A stretch of DNA of 64,000 nucleotides, taken from Azolla caroliniana. Its lineage: Eukaryota > Plantae > Polypodiophyta. Every line of letters begins with the position of its first letter. The first letter of the stretch is position 1. The translations under genes and the position numbers were made by a program. Positions 61,197-64,000 of the stretch are shown one piece after another. Where the stretch lies: assembly GCA_043228905.1 (NCBI GenBank), contig JBHGNT010000002.1:19654001-19718000 (forward strand). The letters are read 5' to 3'. The notes beneath the pieces are model-generated. The model ran no database searches. It was not told the DNA's origin and worked only from the letters and a program-made list of their open reading frames with translations.

Positions 61197-61988
61197 TGTC
61201 GAGATATTACGCAAGTGCGTGTGGAAACGAGGCGGGACCGCGGGGGTCTCGAACCAAAGAGCAAGCGAGGGAGGAGAAAGAGAGAGAACCGGCTACGCAG
61301 GACCGGGGATACACAGGGACACGGCCCTTCAGCACAGAGAACGCGAACAGACACCGACACAGACAGATGCGAATGACTAAATATGTATATTAACAAAATG
61401 GCTAACACGACTACAACCCTTGATGGGGCACAGGTTGGCTACAACCGAACAGACCGGCGAACAGATGCCGATGCTTGTTCGCTTCGATGCACAAAGAGGT
61501 AGCAGGTCGGAGGTGCTGCCGGAAGCACCCGGGCATTCCTCGAAACAGCTCGAGCCTCCTCGGAACCCTGCACAGAAAAGCTATGGAGCTCAAGAAGGAA
61601 GGAAACAGAGAGAGAAGCGTCCAGAAACGGTCCGACAACACTTCGTCCTCTCTGCGCGAGATCCCTGCAACAGCTCTTTCCTGCTCCTTATATAGGTCGA
61701 CGAGCAGGCCGTCCTGTCAGCTTTATTCCCTGTCCCTTTTGAACAGGGATCCGCTCCGTTCTTCACGCCTCCGCGTAGTTACGCCGCCGACTCGTACAGT
61801 TCCTTAGCTCGCGCGCGCGACCGAAAAGACTGTTCGCGCGGTCTTTGTCTCCACTTGTGTTAGGGCCCGTTCCTGCCGATTATCCTCCTAACTCGCTTCT
61901 ATGTACTACTTGGAGCGTGCGCGCGCGAAGAACCGGTTCCCACGCCTTGGTGCGCCGATTCCGCCTAGGGACGGTTTTCTTCACGACA
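61197..61988 (-). repeat. 5' LTR of Gypsy 2
   Basis: Direct repeat of 54507-55298, adjacent to the PBS. Confidence 0.95.
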
Positions 61989-64000
61989 ACGTATTCTACA
62001 TTTTAGAATTGCCATTTTTTATAATTTGACGTATTCTACATATTCTAAAAATTTGACATATTCTATGTATTTAACAAGTATTTATCATCTCAAAAATCAA
62101 ATAAAGTTTTTTTAAAGAAAACTTTAAATTTTAAGAAGTATTTAACGTATTTTATCTATAAAATATGTATTCTAAGTATTTTTATAAAAAAACTTAGAAT
62201 ACTTTGAATAAGTATTCTACACGCATTTTATGCGAAGTATTTTACAACAATGGCGGAGGGGCTAGGGTGAATCTTTATATTTGATAATGCCCAGGGGTTA
62301 GCCATCCTCCATAGTACCAGGTGGGGTTGGATATGTTGGCCTCAAGGTTGGTCTACATTGAGGCCACCTAAGTTGGTCGTGTGAACTTCAATTTGAAGAG
62401 ACTAGGCCAAGTAGAATTGGACATGCTCCTATGTCAAAAAATATAGGGTCGTCGACCTTTGGGCTTTATTTATTATTTATTAATTTTTTGTTTTTGAAAT
62501 TTCCACTTGTTGACCTTTGGATTTATTTTTATTTTGGAAAATTTCACTCGTCAAGTATTCACTCATCAACCTTTGGATTATTATTATTATTATTATCTTT
62601 TTTTAAAATTTCCATTTGTCGACCTTTGGATTTTAAAACAAAATTTCAACTCGTCGAGTATTCACTTGTTAACCTTTGTTTTTTAGTTTTTTTTGAAATT
62701 TCCACTCGTCAAGTAATCACTGGTAGACCGTTGGGATTATTATTATTTAAAATTTCCAGTCGTTGACCTTTGGATTATTTATTTATTTATTTTTCAAACA
62801 GACAGATTTTGCGCCAACAAACAAATTCTACAACGGCTAAATCTCACAAGTAATTATTGATAACCAAATGATTTGTGTGCAATTGTCCGTGAGATTAAAA
62901 GATGATTAGATTAGAAAAATAAAAAACAGAAAATTGAGGTGAAAAAAAAGGTTTTTAATTTAATTAAAAAAAAGCTTCTTTTTTCTTAATCTCTTCCTTG
63001 TTAAGTGGTTTGCGTACGAGCTTACACAAAGCTCGTTGTTTGCTTCAAGCATCGGTCTTGTCCTCGATAACGACACCAAATAGACGTGTAGCATCTATGG
63101 GCCTCACGGAATACACCTCTATAGATCGATGAAGTTGTACCTTCCGTCAATGTTGTTTGCTTGGATCCAGACTGACGTTGTCGCGGAAATCCATGGGTAC
63201 GTGTTGGATTGGGGCAGGACCACCGTGGTCATGGACCGGAGAGAGACGGATCCGGAAGGACCGAGCTTCGCTGGTGCCGGTTACACTGGCTGTGACACCG
63301 AGTGGAGAGTTTTTGGATACGTACCGAAGGCAATGAAATGAGAAAGAGAGAGATGCGCGTGAACACGCATGCATGCTTGCACGAGCGCGAGCGTGCACGC
63401 ACGCACACACACACACACAGTATACGGGAAATCGGAAAAGAAGGAAACCCAACCGACACCGATAGAGATAGATATATACAACTCTTTGTATATATTTATG
63501 TATAGAATACAACCTCGGCTTTTAGCCGGAGCAAGCCGACCAGAATACAAACGACCTTTTGCTGGCAAATCTCCAGTCGGGGTGTGAGCTCTAGCCGAAC
63601 AAAAACCTAACAAAAATGGAACCCCCAAAACCCTAATAAACAAACAATAAGCTTAACAACAGAGAGAACTATCGGAGAAAGCTAAAAACGGGGGAGCCCT
63701 TTACAAGAGATCCTCCCCTCCTTTTATAGTCTAAGGAGGGAGGGACATTACAATGTGGGAGGCAAAAATATTTCCCTCCTTTTTAGAGGAGGATTGTTGC
63801 CTCGATTCTAGGGAGTGTTACATTAACTCTCTTCTAACTCCACCCCACTACCTACTACCTAACGTTTGATGTACATTAAGTACTCATCACACGTACCTCT
63901 CGCTAGCTCCTTAGTGAACTTCAACACCTTATAGTTCCGTTTCCTTTCTTGCAAATATTTACATTTCTCGATGTTGATGTGCAAATGTTGCACATCGCCG

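Larger units (their letters stand above)
54507..61988 (-). mobile_element. Full-length Ty3/Gypsy LTR retrotransposon 2 (same lineage as Gypsy 1, different LTR family)
   Basis: 792-bp LTRs (TGTCG...CGACA) with about 6 transitions; TSD ACGT (54503-54506, 61989-61992); tRNA-Trp PBS; PPT at 55299-55310. Confidence 0.97.
54438..62252. mobile_element. AT-rich hAT-like MITE (about 330 bp) split by Gypsy 2
   Basis: TIR CATAGTTGTAAAA / TTTTACAACAATG; degenerate 8-bp flanks GTGGAGCA and GCGGAGGG; internal GTATTCTA repeats on both sides of the insertion. Confidence 0.5.
53800..64000 (-). mobile_element. Old degenerate LTR element (Athila/Tat-like) hosting the nested MITE and Gypsy 2
   Basis: PBS-like TGGTGTCGTTATCGAGGA (minus, 63078-63061) resembling the tRNA-Asp-type TGGCGCCGTTGCCGGGGA; LTR-like 63080-64000 with a minus-strand TATAAAAG; leader tandem repeats at 62450-62780; coiled-coil gag-like remnant at about 53950-54430. 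Confidence 0.45.

Overview
AT-rich, intron-containing eukaryotic DNA from a land plant (probably a non-seed plant; the species cannot be told from the sequence). The middle holds four ordinary spliced host genes: a mitochondrial phosphate carrier, a METTL7-like SAM methyltransferase, a P-class PPR protein and a YSL metal-nicotianamine transporter. Both ends are nests of transposable elements. The most unusual object is at 1-8940: an apparent TIR DNA transposon encoding (i) an intact 926-aa DDE-type transposase and (ii) a divergently transcribed six-exon, bacterial-style beta-class N6-adenine/N4-cytosine DNA methyltransferase. The first intron of the methyltransferase carries 12 copies of a 25-bp palindrome at about 51-bp period, with units in both orientations forming nested higher-order palindromes. 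This element appears to have inserted, in opposite orientation, into the methyltransferase gene of a second copy of its own family, which exposes both termini (36 bp, ending ...GAACGYGAACGTGTT). Two young, related Ty3/Gypsy elements (10247-17503 and 54507-61988) share a tRNA-Trp PBS, an identical 4-bp ACGT target duplication and a conserved -1 frameshift signal with a predicted pseudoknot. All exon structures and family assignments were read by eye and are not database-verified.
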